This document shows positions 21,502-31,815 of a DNA stretch of 64,000 nucleotides, piece by piece (within the stretch, counting starts at the first letter, position 1; each line of letters starts with the position of its first letter). The notes beneath the pieces are model-generated. The model did no database searches and was not told the origin of the DNA. It saw only the letters and a list, made by a program, of their open reading frames with translations. The stretch lies in assembly GCA_918797485.1 (NCBI GenBank), contig CAKKNE010000005.1:3038001-3102000 (forward strand), written 5' to 3'. The translations under genes were made by a program, and so were the position numbers. The stretch comes from Pelagomonas calceolata (Eukaryota).

Positions 21502-24500
21502 ATGGCCTCGCCCGCCGCGCTCAACGCGCTCCTCGACAAGACGAGCGACTGGGACAAGGATGAGCGCTACATGGCGACGAACGACTTGATCCAGGAGCTC
21601 CAGAAGGACGCGCAGCTCGACGCGGCCATGGAGCGGAGGGTCTGCGCGGCGGTGCTGCGGCAGCTGGACGACAAGAGCACGGACGTCCAGTCCATTGCGG
21701 TGAAGTGTTTAGGGGTATTACTCAAAAAAGTGCGGGAAGCTCAAGTCGGCGAGATCTCGGACAAGCTCTGCTCGTTGATCTTGGACGGCACGGACGAGCT
21801 GAGGGACGTATATAGTATCGGCCTCAAAACCTTATTGAGGGACGTGCCGCGCGCGTCGGGCGAGGCCGTCGCCGGCAGACTGGCGGCGCGGCTCGTCGGC
21901 GGCGTCCGCGACGACGCCAAGGCCGAGAGTAGGGTCGAGGCCCTCGAGAACCTGACGGACTTGCTCAAGCGCTTCGGGGCCGCCGTCGCCAAGGACCACG
22001 GCGCGGTGTTGGATGCGGCGTTGCAGCGCCTGGACGACCCGAAAAATGTGGTAAGGAAGCGCGCGGCGCACTGCCTCGCGGCGCTGGCCCTGACGTGCTC
22101 GGAGCCGCACCTCGAGAAGCTCACGACGACCTTGTTACGAAGGGTCGACGCGGCGGGCCGCGACGCTTCCAAGGCGCGGACGCCCGTCGCGGCGATTGGG
22201 ACCGTGGCGCGCGGCGTCGGCCAGCGGCTAGGTACACACTTAGATAGGTTGGTGCCGGCGCTCGTCGCGCCTTTAGGTGACGCGGACGACGCCGAGTCCA
22301 ATGATCCGGAGAGAAATGAACTCAGGGAGACGTGCCTCCACGGCCTCGAGGAGCTCGTGAGGCGGTGCCCGGCCGAGGCCGAGGCGCACGTCGACGCTTT
22401 GTTAGAGACGGCTTTGGCCTTCGCGGCTTTTGATCCGAACTACTCGTATGGCGACGAGGACGAAGAAATGGACGCCGATGATGAGGAAGAGGACGAGGAG
22501 TACGAGGACGATTATGGCGACGAGGACGACGACGACGACACGTCCTGGAAGGTGAGAAGGGCGGCGGTGCGCGTTTGTGGGGCCGTTGCGGAAGCCAAAC
22601 CGAGGTCGTCGCTGGTTGATCTAGCCACGGCGTTGGTGGGGCGGTTTAAAGAGCGCGAGGAGAACGTGCGCGTCGACGTCGTCGAGACGCTTACCAAATT
22701 AGTGAAGACGATGGCGCAGACGGACGCCCTCGCTGCATTGGCTCCGCAGGCCTGCCGCGCGTGCAAGAAGCCCATCTCGGGCAAGGTGGGGGACAACCTC
22801 AAAACAAAATCGGCCTGCTTCGGCTTGCTGCGGGAGTTGTGCGTGAGCGCGCCGCCGGGTGCCTTGGGCGAGGAAGATGTGCGGCTCGTGGCCGAGGCTT
22901 CGGGGCGGGGCCTGGCCGAGAAGTCGCAGTCCCTGAAGTTGGAAGGCGCTAAACTCTTGAGGAGCGCCCTGGCTCGCGGCGAGGAGGCGAAGTGTATCGT
23001 CGACGACGCGGTGCCGAGGGCGATCGACGCCGTCAAGGCCGAGTGGTACAAGTTGATTGAAGAGGGGTTGCGACTATGTGTGGCCGTGGCGGAGTTGGTG
23101 AGGCCCATCGACGCGGACATGGCCGAGGGCGAAGGCATGGACGTGGCGTCGAAATTACTGGAGGCGGCGCGGCCTCGACTCGTCGCCGGCGCCGTCGACC
23201 TGGAAATAAGAGAGCGGGCCATCGAGTGCGTGGGGGACGTGACGGCGCGGTTCGCGGACGTCATGGACTCGGAATTGCTCAAGGGCGCCGTTTCTGATTT
23301 GGTCGAGCAGCTCGACCGCGAGGCGACGCGCTGTTCCGCATTGCGGGCGCTCGCGGTTATTGCGAACTCGCCCCGATCTTCAGCAACGGCTACCCTAGTC
23401 CTCGAGAAGGGCGGCCTCGGTACGCTCTCATCTTTCTTGGAACACCACGCGCGCCCGCTGCAGCAGGCGACTTTGGAAGCTCTCGGGGCTTTGTTACGCA
23501 CCCTGCCTCCGAAATCGAAACTAAAAGCCGGCGACGTCGCGTGTACCTTGACGAATGCGTCAACCTTGGCCAAGGACTCGGATTTGCACCTGGCCCATTT
23601 AGCCACCAAAAGCATCGCGGCGGCCGTATCTCAATGTACGTTGGACAAAAAAGCGAAAACAGCGTGCGAGAACGACGTCCTGCCGGCGGCGTTGACCTTA
23701 GCGGCGTCTCCACTCTTGCAAGGCGCACCTTTGGACGGTTTGGCGGACGTCTTCGAGGCCATTGCTCTGAAGGGCGGCGGCGGCGCCCTGGGCTTCGACG
23801 CGTTGTTAAGCGCGTTACCGGACGCCGCGCGCGTCGCCAAGGAGGAGGATCCGGTCCGCGGCTCGCGGCAGGCGCGGAAAAATGTGGCCGTGGTGATCGC
23901 GCGGTTGTGCGCCGCGGCGGACGCTTCCACGTTAAAGAAGGCCGTGGCCAACTTAGTGAACCAAGTAGGCGACGAGAACAAGCTCCTGGCCGTCACCGCT
24001 CTCGGGGAACTGGGCAGGAGGTGCGACTTGTCGAAGCTCGGCGCCATCAGCACGCTGACGGCTTGTTTAGGCGCGGGCGACGTCGGCGACGCCGACGAAG
24101 CGAAGACCGCCGCCGCCGCGGCTTTAGGAAGTTGTGTGGCGGGCGCGCCGCACGAGCTTGATGGTTTATTAGATGCTTTGGACGAGGACCCCTGCCCGCG
24201 CGAGTACCTCTTACTGATCGCGTTGAGAGAAGTCGTGGCCCACGCGCCGTCGGATCGGATTAAAAGTGTCGCGCTGCGTCTGGTCCAGCGCCTGTTGACA
24301 GCGGTGCAGGGCAACCAGGAGGCGGTGGCCGACTCGGCGGCCGAGTGCGCCGGGGCGCTTGCCGCGATTGCGCCGGAGGCCGTGGCCCAGCACTTCTTGG
24401 ACCCTCTCCTAAATGCGTCGGACGTCAAGCACAAGGCGTCGGCGGCGGCCTGCGCCAAGGCGGCGACGTCGGCGAAATTGGCTACTGATGCGTCCGTCGC

Positions 24501-25134
24501 CGCGGCTTTGGTCGATCGGTTGGAACCGCTGCTGAAATTACTAGATGATGAGGATCTGGACTGCAAGAAGAAGTCGCTTGGGTTAGTACATGCGGCGGCG
24601 CACAACCGCTTATCTCTCCTCGAGGCGCACTCGGGATTTGTCGAATCGAGACTCGCCACTTTAGCGGCGCTGAAGATCGAGCACGTCGTGGACCTGGGCC
24701 CCTTCAAGCACAAGGTCGATGACGGTTTGCCTTTGCGGAAGGCGGCGCTGGCCGCTTTGGCCACGCTCGTCGACCGGAAAGCGATCCAGGACACGGCGGG
24801 GTGCGTCGACGTCGTGGCCGGCGCGCTCGCGGACAAGAACGCCGACGTCCAGGCCCAGGCGCACCAGCTCCTCGTGAAGCTCTGCGCGCTCGACGCTGCT
24901 TCCGTGTTGGCCAAGGCCGACGCGATCTGCGAGCCCCTCGACAAGGCCGTCCACAAGAAGATCAAGGAGGGCACGGCCAAGGACGACCGCGCCTGGGATT
25001 TGGTAAGGAGCGCGCTGCGCGCGGTGCTCGCCGTGAAGGAGCTCCCGGGCGGCTGCCCGCGCGCCGACGCGCTCCTCGAGAAGGCGCGCGCCAAGGACAA
25101 GCTCGCGGCCGAGCTTGCGGCCTTGGCGAAGTAG
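21502..25134 (+). CDS. CAND1: Cullin-associated NEDD8-dissociated protein 1
   Basis: LLDKTSDWDKDERYMATNDL, DDDDTSWKVRRAA, RFKEREENVR, VDLGPFKHKVDDGLPLRKAA; HEAT-repeat protein of about 1210 aa. Confidence 0.95.
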   Translation: MASPAALNALLDKTSDWDKDERYMATNDLIQELQKDAQLDAAMERRVCAAVLRQLDDKSTDVQSIAVKCLGVLLKKVREAQVGEISDKLCSLILDGTDELRDVYSIGLKTLLRDVPRASGEAVAGRLAARLVGGVRDDAKAESRVEALENLTDLLKRFGAAVAKDHGAVLDAALQRLDDPKNVVRKRAAHCLAALALTCSEPHLEKLTTTLLRRVDAAGRDASKARTPVAAIGTVARGVGQRLGTHLDRLVPALVAPLGDADDAESNDPERNELRETCLHGLEELVRRCPAEAEAHVDALLETALAFAAFDPNYSYGDEDEEMDADDEEEDEEYEDDYGDEDDDDDTSWKVRRAAVRVCGAVAEAKPRSSLVDLATALVGRFKEREENVRVDVVETLTKLVKTMAQTDALAALAPQACRACKKPISGKVGDNLKTKSACFGLLRELCVSAPPGALGEEDVRLVAEASGRGLAEKSQSLKLEGAKLLRSALARGEEAKCIVDDAVPRAIDAVKAEWYKLIEEGLRLCVAVAELVRPIDADMAEGEGMDVASKLLEAARPRLVAGAVDLEIRERAIECVGDVTARFADVMDSELLKGAVSDLVEQLDREATRCSALRALAVIANSPRSSATATLVLEKGGLGTLSSFLEHHARPLQQATLEALGALLRTLPPKSKLKAGDVACTLTNASTLAKDSDLHLAHLATKSIAAAVSQCTLDKKAKTACENDVLPAALTLAASPLLQGAPLDGLADVFEAIALKGGGGALGFDALLSALPDAARVAKEEDPVRGSRQARKNVAVVIARLCAAADASTLKKAVANLVNQVGDENKLLAVTALGELGRRCDLSKLGAISTLTACLGAGDVGDADEAKTAAAAALGSCVAGAPHELDGLLDALDEDPCPREYLLLIALREVVAHAPSDRIKSVALRLVQRLLTAVQGNQEAVADSAAECAGALAAIAPEAVAQHFLDPLLNASDVKHKASAAACAKAATSAKLATDASVAAALVDRLEPLLKLLDDEDLDCKKKSLGLVHAAAHNRLSLLEAHSGFVESRLATLAALKIEHVVDLGPFKHKVDDGLPLRKAALAALATLVDRKAIQDTAGCVDVVAGALADKNADVQAQAHQLLVKLCALDAASVLAKADAICEPLDKAVHKKIKEGTAKDDRAWDLVRSALRAVLAVKELPGGCPRADALLEKARAKDKLAAELAALAK

Positions 25135-25194
25135 ACGACGTATCATCTGTGCCCCCCTTCCCCCTGCGTCCGCGTAAGGACGTCACATTATACA

Positions 25195-26208
25195 TTAGCT
25201 CCACCCGACGAGCTTCAGGTCCGGCGCGAGCCGGCGCAGCGCCGCGTTCGGGCCCCGGTAGACGTCGTCGAGGCGCCGGCGCGTCGCGGGCAGGAGCGGC
25301 TCGGGCGCGTCGACGTGGGACGGCACGTACGGTTCGAGATGACGCGGATAGAGGGCCGCGTCGAGGCGCAGCCCTCCGAGGACCCGCCGCGCGACGGCGC
25401 CCGCGTCGCTTCGCAAGTCCGCCGCGTCGACGAGGGTCACGGCGCCGCCCAGGGGTTGTAAGAGGTCGGCGTAGCGGCCCGCGCCGAGTTCCGTCCACTC
25501 GCCCTCGGGCGGCGAGGCCGCCAGGAAGCGGTCGAAGTGCCGCGCGGCGCAGCGCCCGAGGACGCGGTACGTGCCCTTGTTAAGGATCCAGGCGGGGTTC
25601 TCCTCTTCTCTCAGTTTGTACAATTCATCTAACTGCTTCTTCCGCCCGCGCGCGCCGTAGCAGATGGCCGCCGCCGCGAAGCGGCCGCCCCGCAGCGCGT
25701 CGCCCCGCAACACCGCGCCGGCGCGGAGCGGGCCGACTCTTTTGGTGACCTCGACGACGCGGCCTGCGCGGCAGTGGTGGAAGAACTCGCTGTAGGCGCG
25801 CTGGCCCGGTTCCCGCAGGACCGCGACGATGTGGGCTCGGGGTAATAATGTTCTGAGCGCGTCCATATTGCCCGTGAGGTATTGAGCGGTCTTGTCGAGG
25901 GTCTGGACCGTCGTCGCGGCCACGGGAAACCGCGCGGCGTACGTCGGCCAGGTCTTCAGGAGCGATCGCGTCGGTTCGAACGGGTCGCTGAAGTAATGTA
26001 CTTCCGTGCCATCGGCATTCCGAATTAAATGAGGGTGCTGCAAAAGGTAGTGGGTCAACGCGGACGTGCCGGCGCGCATGGCGCCGATGACGACGACGGA
26101 CGGGAGGCAGAAGCGGCCGCGTCGGTTCCTTAACCGCACGCAGGCTCCGGCAATTGGTGTGGCGGACGCGTTGCGCAGTTGCGGTGGATCCGGGAGCAGC
26201 CAGGTCAT
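25195..26208 (-). CDS. Sulfotransferase (heparan-sulfate 3-O-sulfotransferase-like PAPS-binding fold)
   Basis: LPSVVVIGAMRAGTSALTHYLLQHP (5'-PSB loop), EVHYF, VLREPGQRAYSEF (3'-PB). Confidence 0.8.
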   Translation of the reverse strand: MTWLLPDPPQLRNASATPIAGACVRLRNRRGRFCLPSVVVIGAMRAGTSALTHYLLQHPHLIRNADGTEVHYFSDPFEPTRSLLKTWPTYAARFPVAATTVQTLDKTAQYLTGNMDALRTLLPRAHIVAVLREPGQRAYSEFFHHCRAGRVVEVTKRVGPLRAGAVLRGDALRGGRFAAAAICYGARGRKKQLDELYKLREEENPAWILNKGTYRVLGRCAARHFDRFLAASPPEGEWTELGAGRYADLLQPLGGAVTLVDAADLRSDAGAVARRVLGGLRLDAALYPRHLEPYVPSHVDAPEPLLPATRRRLDDVYRGPNAALRRLAPDLKLVGWS

Positions 26209-26282
26209 CTTACTCTATCCGTGCGCATTTTTATGGCATCAGAGGTCATCTTACTCCATCCGTGCGCATTTTATGGCATCAG
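26202..26282. repeat. Near-perfect tandem duplication (41/40 bp) overlapping the sulfotransferase start codon
   Basis: AGGTCATCTTACTC(T/C)ATCCGTGCGCATTTT(T)ATGGCATCAG, two copies. Confidence 0.85.
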
Positions 26283-26321
26283 AGACCATGGTGGCTTAAG
26301 CCCTGGGGCAGCCCTTTAGCC

Positions 26322-26560
26322 TGCCCACGCGTTAGCAGCGCTCGCCGCGGGTTACAAAAGGAATGCATTTCAGCGAATTTCGCCGAGTGCGGGCCAAGGA
26401 CATTGCCTGAGAGCGCAAAAGCCGAGGGGCTTGCTAGTACGGTACGGGACGCTAGACCTTGCTCGTCGGCCTGCGCTGTTGAACAGGTTTCACGCGGCTG
26501 ATAAGCAACAGCGCACGTACCGCAGTTGTATTGACGCAAGTACGGTCAAACATAACGCGC
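26322..26560 (+). repeat. Diverged ~240-bp direct repeat, copy A (contains degenerate motif copy 4 at 26431)
   Basis: Collinear with 30158-30410: GCCCACGCGT..GCAGCGCTCGC, AAAGGAATG, GAGTGCGGG.CCAAGGAC, CTTGCTAGT, GTTTCACGCGGCTG, CGGTCAAAC. Confidence 0.8.
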
Positions 26561-26669
26561 TCGCCGCCGTTCCGAGGGGGGGAGTAACTCGTCGATACCT
26601 ACTTACTAGTACTTCCTTCTTGAATATTACACAGGCGCCGACGAAGGGCGCGAGCTATGAATTGGCGAG

Positions 26670-28139
26670 CTAGAACCCTTCCTTCGCCATCCACGACTCC
26701 GGCCGCCCCTTCTTGATCCACTCGTCGCGGACGTCCGCGGCGGCCTTCTTGGACGCGTAGTAGCCGTCCGTGCCGGGCTTGACGACGCTCATCATCTTCT
26801 TTGCCTTCCGCCCCTTGCGCACGAGGACCGAGACCCTGACGTAGTACTGGCCCGCTCGCGACTTCGCCCTCGAAGGACGGACGTTGTCCGGCAAGCCGCC
26901 GGCGCGTCGGTCCGCCGCCTTCTCGGCGAGCGTCTTCTTTCCCTTCTCGGCGCGATGCTCCACGGCGCGCGCCGCCGCCTCCTCGGCGATGAGAGGCCGA
27001 TTGTCACGCCCCTTCGGCACGAGACGTGAATCGGTACTGAAGAGCGGCATGCCGTCGCCTCGAACACCCCGCGGCCTGCAGAACTGCGGCGTGGCGACGG
27101 CCTTGGCGTTTTGGGCGCACGCGAAGCGATGGCTGCGGTTCTTCGCCCGCTTTTTCCTATGGGCCAGATCAATCCTGTGCGCCCGCGTGTGCGTCGGCTC
27201 CGTTGCCGACGACCCGTACCGCGGCTTGCGCTCCCCGTTCGCCAATGCGCGCCGGCGCTCCGCGCCGGCCTCGCGAATCGCTCGAGTCGTCACGGCGTCC
27301 ACCCTAATATCTCTGCCTTTGGTGTCGCGGCCGCCGCGGCCGTCCGTCGCCGTTTGGAGGAGGTAGGCGTCGCGATTCTCGCGCTTCTTCGTGATCACCT
27401 CGAGGTGCTTGTCGAACTCGGCCAGCGCCTCTTTCGGAGAGAAGCCGCGCCGCGACGCGCCGGAGAGGACCGAGATGGCCTCCGCGAAGTAGCCGCCCGT
27501 CATGCGGTTCGACGCGACGGCTTTCGCCGCCTCGGACAGGTGCAACGCGCACTTGGTGATGTTGGCGAGCCGCTCGTCCGTCGGGTGGACCTCGTCGACC
27601 TCGGCCAGCGCCCCGTGCAGCTCTTTAAAGGCGCCGAACAGTCCCTCGACGAGCAGCCTCGTCTCCTCGTCCAAGGTGAGGTCGCCCTCGACGACCTCGA
27701 CGTACAGCCGATACATGCGCTTGAACTCGTCGTCTGAGGCCCTCAAGAAGAGGTACGCCGCCTTCTCCTCCTTCGTTTTGCCGGTTTCGCGCTTCCATCC
27801 GGTCTTCGTGCGCCGCGGGTGCTTCACCACCGGGAGCTTCGGCTGCTGCAGCAGCGACGCGGGCTGGGCGGCATCGGCCGCGGACTCGACGGTTTCGTCC
27901 GTCGATTCTTTTTTCTTGAGCGCGCGCCGCGGCGGCGGCGGCGGCGGCGGCGGGCTGACGAGGGACTTCGCTAAGGCGGCCGAGCGCGCGGCGAGCGTGC
28001 TGGCGCGCAGCTTGCGGCGCGACGGCTGTTGCGGCTCGGGCGCGGTCTTCTTGGCCGCCTGCGGCAGCAGCGGCGGCGGCGCGGTGGTGGTGGTGGTGTC
28101 CGCGGCGTCCGCGTCGTTCAAGGATTGTCCAGCGCCCAT
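26670..28139 (-). CDS. Hypothetical basic protein with possible N-myristoylation motif and divergent AP2-like C-terminus
   Basis: Long ORF with a probable start MGAGQS at 28139; C-terminus GLPDNVRPSRAKSRAGQYYVRVSV...DGYYASKKAAADVRDEW. Confidence 0.65.
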   Translation of the reverse strand: MGAGQSLNDADAADTTTTTAPPPLLPQAAKKTAPEPQQPSRRKLRASTLAARSAALAKSLVSPPPPPPPPRRALKKKESTDETVESAADAAQPASLLQQPKLPVVKHPRRTKTGWKRETGKTKEEKAAYLFLRASDDEFKRMYRLYVEVVEGDLTLDEETRLLVEGLFGAFKELHGALAEVDEVHPTDERLANITKCALHLSEAAKAVASNRMTGGYFAEAISVLSGASRRGFSPKEALAEFDKHLEVITKKRENRDAYLLQTATDGRGGRDTKGRDIRVDAVTTRAIREAGAERRRALANGERKPRYGSSATEPTHTRAHRIDLAHRKKRAKNRSHRFACAQNAKAVATPQFCRPRGVRGDGMPLFSTDSRLVPKGRDNRPLIAEEAAARAVEHRAEKGKKTLAEKAADRRAGGLPDNVRPSRAKSRAGQYYVRVSVLVRKGRKAKKMMSVVKPGTDGYYASKKAAADVRDEWIKKGRPESWMAKEGF

Positions 28140-28849
28140 AAAATCACGTGCAATTGCTCGAGGCCAAAGCTGAACGTCGAGGCCGCGCCGACAAAAACGA
28201 GGCAACTCTGGTGCCGCGGACGTTTTTGGGCTTCGCGGCGACGGGTCGAGAGCGCTGGAGACGTCCGACGCGGACCCGCACGCTGAAAAAAAGCTGGGAG
28301 AGCAGCAGACAAACGCAAGCCGCACGATCGAAAGACGTGCTCCCACCGCGGTAGAGCTGCCGCGAGCTGCATATCTCACGAATAACTACTGCTGGAACGC
28401 TTCTGCGCGATTGCTGATGGCGACAGCAGTGCGAGATATAGAGAGAGCAAAACCAGCCCTGCAGCACGGGCTCGACGACGCCCCCGCGTCACGTGCTAAG
28501 TAGCTGAGCAAAGCGACGCGCCGCACAAAATGGGAATAGCAGACCCGGACATGCCCGAGCTCGAGGGCCAGCACCCTTTCGGCGCCGTGGCCGCATGACG
28601 CTGTGTCTCGCGCGCTCGTCCCTCGTACAACACCAACCCCTTGTTCACAGGTCGAAGAAGCGACGATCGCTGTGCCCGAGTCTGTCCGTAGCGCCACCGC
28701 GACGCCAGCCGAGGCTGCAGCCGCGGCGGCCGCCGCCACAAAGATTGCGGCGATAGCCCGCGGCGTCGGCGCGCGCGCCCGACGTCGTCACGCGCGCGCG
28801 CGTCGTCGACGGGCTGGTTCGGGCGTCGCGGCCCCCCAGCCCCTCGCGG

Positions 28850-30043
28850 ACGCCGCTGAACAGTCCCTCACTGACATCTCCGGGCTCGTGGAGGATGTAC
28901 ACTACATGCTCTTATCTAGTGGCATGACGGTGAGCGATGTGGTCAATCTCGTCGACTTATCCTCCCGCAATCACCACGCGAGAGACGAGCACGGCGAGAA
29001 TTTGTACTACGGCAGCGTCCTATAGAGTACGCGCGAAAGTCGCCGACATACGTTCCCCCGCAGGGTCTCCGACGTCTCGTAACAGCTATAAGACCATGGG
29101 CATGACGCTTGTGGATCTCTAGATATTAAAGGAGAGGACGGTACTGAAACCATCGAGGCGAGGGCCGGAAGCCCTCAGCTGTAGACCGCCGCCGTGTACT
29201 CGTGTTCTGGGACTCGCTGCCGCGTCGAAGGCGTCCTCGTGGACCAGTAAAGCGGGAGTCAGCGACGTACGTTGGCTGCGGCGGGGGGCGGAAACTGTAC
29301 GGGATCTGTTCTCCCGACCTAGCAGCCCCTCGGCGACCTACCGTGCCGGCGACGCTCTTTTCAGCACGCGCCGACGACGTGCGGGACGGCGTTGCCTCAC
29401 GCCATCGACCAGACGCGGCGACGGGGACGACGTCGCGTCGATGGCGCGGGAGGCCAACGCGAAGGGACCGCGACGTTCTGGCGCGGAAACACTCTGAAAA
29501 GCGGTACTTCCGACGGTATTGGAAGAGTAGGACGGCGCCGGCGTGGGCGGGAGCGACTGTGATGCGGCGGCGCCGACTGCCTTCCAGCTATCGATACAAG
29601 CGCGCCGCGCTCGGCCGGGACGACGCGGCGGCCGTGACACGTCCGGTGCAACGGTCACGTGTTCGCCTTGCAGCTAGGGCACCCTTAATGTTCGTGGATT
29701 GTATTTCAGTTGCATCTGTGGTGGTCGAGGCCGCCAGCCGCCCGCGGCACCTACGGGCGTGGTAGATGCAAAAAGCGGCAGCATCGTACGGCTCCTGTAT
29801 CCCTCAAGCTCGCGAGGCGACCACTAACCGCATGAGGCCCTGGAGAACCTCTGGAAGGTCACGCTCGAGGGCCGGGAGAACCGCGAGCACGGCCCGCTCG
29901 TCTTCCGCGCCATGCAGGGCCAGAGCGACGCCGTCCGGGCGTCCATGATGAAGCACATGGTCCTCCTCAAGCCGCAGCTCTTCTCGGAGGAGGTCAAGCG
30001 CGACGTCCGGCGCCTGCGCTACTCCTTCCGCCTCTACGACTAG
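28850..30043 (+). pseudogene. Degraded or multi-intron gene of unknown family
   Basis: Coding-like fragments (ADAAEQSLTDISGLVEDVHYMLL...; HEALENLWKVTLEGRENREHGPLVFRAMQ...YSFRLYD*) separated by stops and a hairpin repeat. Confidence 0.35.
29391..29457. repeat. Hairpin repeat carrying the introner-core motif
   Basis: TTGCCTCACGCCATCGAC...GTCGATGGCGCGGGAGGCCAA, an imperfect inverted repeat. Confidence 0.6.
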
Positions 30044-30157
30044 AGGCCTCGCGCTGCGCGCGATTGATCGTCTTACCCGTCCTTCGAGGACGCTGGGGGA
30101 ATTATAAGAATTCCGAACACGCAAAACTTGGTCGCGCGAACGGGCACTCGCAAAAAC

Positions 30158-30410
30158 CGCCCACGCGTCGGCAGCGCTCGCTGGGGGCTACGAAAGGAAT
30201 GATTTTCGACGAATTTTGATGAGTGCGGGGCCAAGGACGACTTGCCTGCAGCGGCACAAGGACCCGCCGCAAAAACCATTCTGCTTGCTAGTGTCTTACT
30301 GGACGCTAGCCCAAGCCAGCTCGTCGAGCGCAGTTTCACGCGGCTGCTAAGCCAAGGGCGCAGTTATCGATCTCTCACTTGATGCAACAAGTGCGGTCAA
30401 ACGCACCGCT
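30158..30410 (+). repeat. Diverged ~240-bp direct repeat, copy B (contains motif copy 5 at 30284-30310)
   Basis: See 26322-26560; motif CTTGCTAGTGTCTTACTGGACGCTAGC. Confidence 0.8.
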
Positions 30411-30737
30411 GGCAGCGCTAAAAACTCAGGGCTCACCACATCGCACCCCAGCCAAAAAACCGCTGCTGCCGCTTTGCGTGCGACCCCAGCGTACGCGAGG
30501 CCATACACGACACCACTCGTCGCTTCTGACCACGCAACGCCCCATCTTCACTTTCGACGGCCGCACGCCACCCGTGGCACTTGCCGTGGCGGCCGATCGC
30601 ATTCACGGGGCGGAGACATAAAGCGGTCGGGGCACGCCCGTGCGGCGGCCGGGGCACCCCTCTCCGATCGCGTCGCCGACCGCGCACAAACGCAGGCCCA
30701 CGCCGCGCGTAGAGGCTAGATAGCTCTAAAAACCTCG

Positions 30738-31622
30738 ATGGCGCGCGACCTCACAAGCGACGTCAAGGCGCTCTGCCGGTCGATGCCGCGCGGCGGCGGG
30801 CCGCCCGCCGCGGCAGCGGCGCCGCCGCCGCCCTACGTCGCTGCGTTCACCGCGGCCTGCGCCGACGTCGCGGCCGACGCGCGGAAGGCGCGCTCGAACC
30901 TCGCGCAGCTCGAGACGCTGGTCCGGGGCGCGTCCATCTTTTCGGACCCCGCCGAGAAGATCGCTCATTTGGTGCACGCGGCGTCGGATCGGCTGGGCCG
31001 CGCCGCCGCGGCGCTCGCGAACGCGCGGCGGCGGCACCTCGACGCGCACCGGCCACGCCCCGGCAGGGAGGGCCCCCTCGCCTACAAACACTGCGCGGCC
31101 ATCGAGGCGGCGCTCGCGGCGGACCTCGACAAAATCTCGCGGGACCTGCGCGCGGCGACGCGGTCGCGGGCCGAGGCCGTGAAGCAGCACGCCGAGCGGC
31201 GCGAGATGTTCGGCAAATCCGCCGACCGCGAGGCGGCGCCGCGCGCCCGCGCGCCCGTCTTCGACGCCCTGCCGCGGCCGGACGACACGACGCCGGGCTC
31301 GGGCGGCGTCTCCGGCGCGCGGCAGCAGCATCTTTTAATTCCGGACCAGTACGTGACGCAGCGCGCCGACGCGGCGCAGCGCGTCGAGGCCCAGGTCCAG
31401 GAGGTGTCGCAGATCTTTGGAAGGGTCGCGGACCTCATCAAGGACCAGGGCGAGTCCGTCGAGCGCATCGAGATTAATGTGGAGAGCGCCGCGGCCGACG
31501 TCGAGGCGGCCGAGGGCGAGTTGATGGACCGGCTCGACAGCATGGGCGGGAACTTGGTGATCGGGCTGAAGGTCGGCGGCATCGTCCTCGCGACGATGGT
31601 CGCGTACGTCATTCTGGTCTAA
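30738..31622 (+). CDS. Syntaxin-5/Sed5-like Qa-SNARE
   Basis: N-terminal RDLT, LAQLETLVRGASIFSDP, SNARE motif VEAQVQEVSQIFGRVADLIKDQGESVERIE, C-terminal TM anchor. Confidence 0.85.
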   Translation: MARDLTSDVKALCRSMPRGGGPPAAAAAPPPPYVAAFTAACADVAADARKARSNLAQLETLVRGASIFSDPAEKIAHLVHAASDRLGRAAAALANARRRHLDAHRPRPGREGPLAYKHCAAIEAALAADLDKISRDLRAATRSRAEAVKQHAERREMFGKSADREAAPRARAPVFDALPRPDDTTPGSGGVSGARQQHLLIPDQYVTQRADAAQRVEAQVQEVSQIFGRVADLIKDQGESVERIEINVESAAADVEAAEGELMDRLDSMGGNLVIGLKVGGIVLATMVAYVILV

Positions 31623-31815
31623 GAGAGGTACTCTAGTGTTCTTCCACACTGTGTTACCCGCGAGCCCCTCGGCACCGTCGACGAAAAGGTCGCGCAGTTG
31701 ACGCATTTGAGCGCCCGGCGCCCGCGGCTGCGACCACCGGAACAACTGGTGCCCCCCGTACGCCATCGACGCGACGCGCCCCAGCTGCTGCAAATAAGTC
31801 TAAGTTACCCAGGGC

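Noticed and set aside
26322..30410. LTR retrotransposon
   Set aside because: I found no TG..CA termini, PBS/PPT, or gag/pol motifs between the direct repeats
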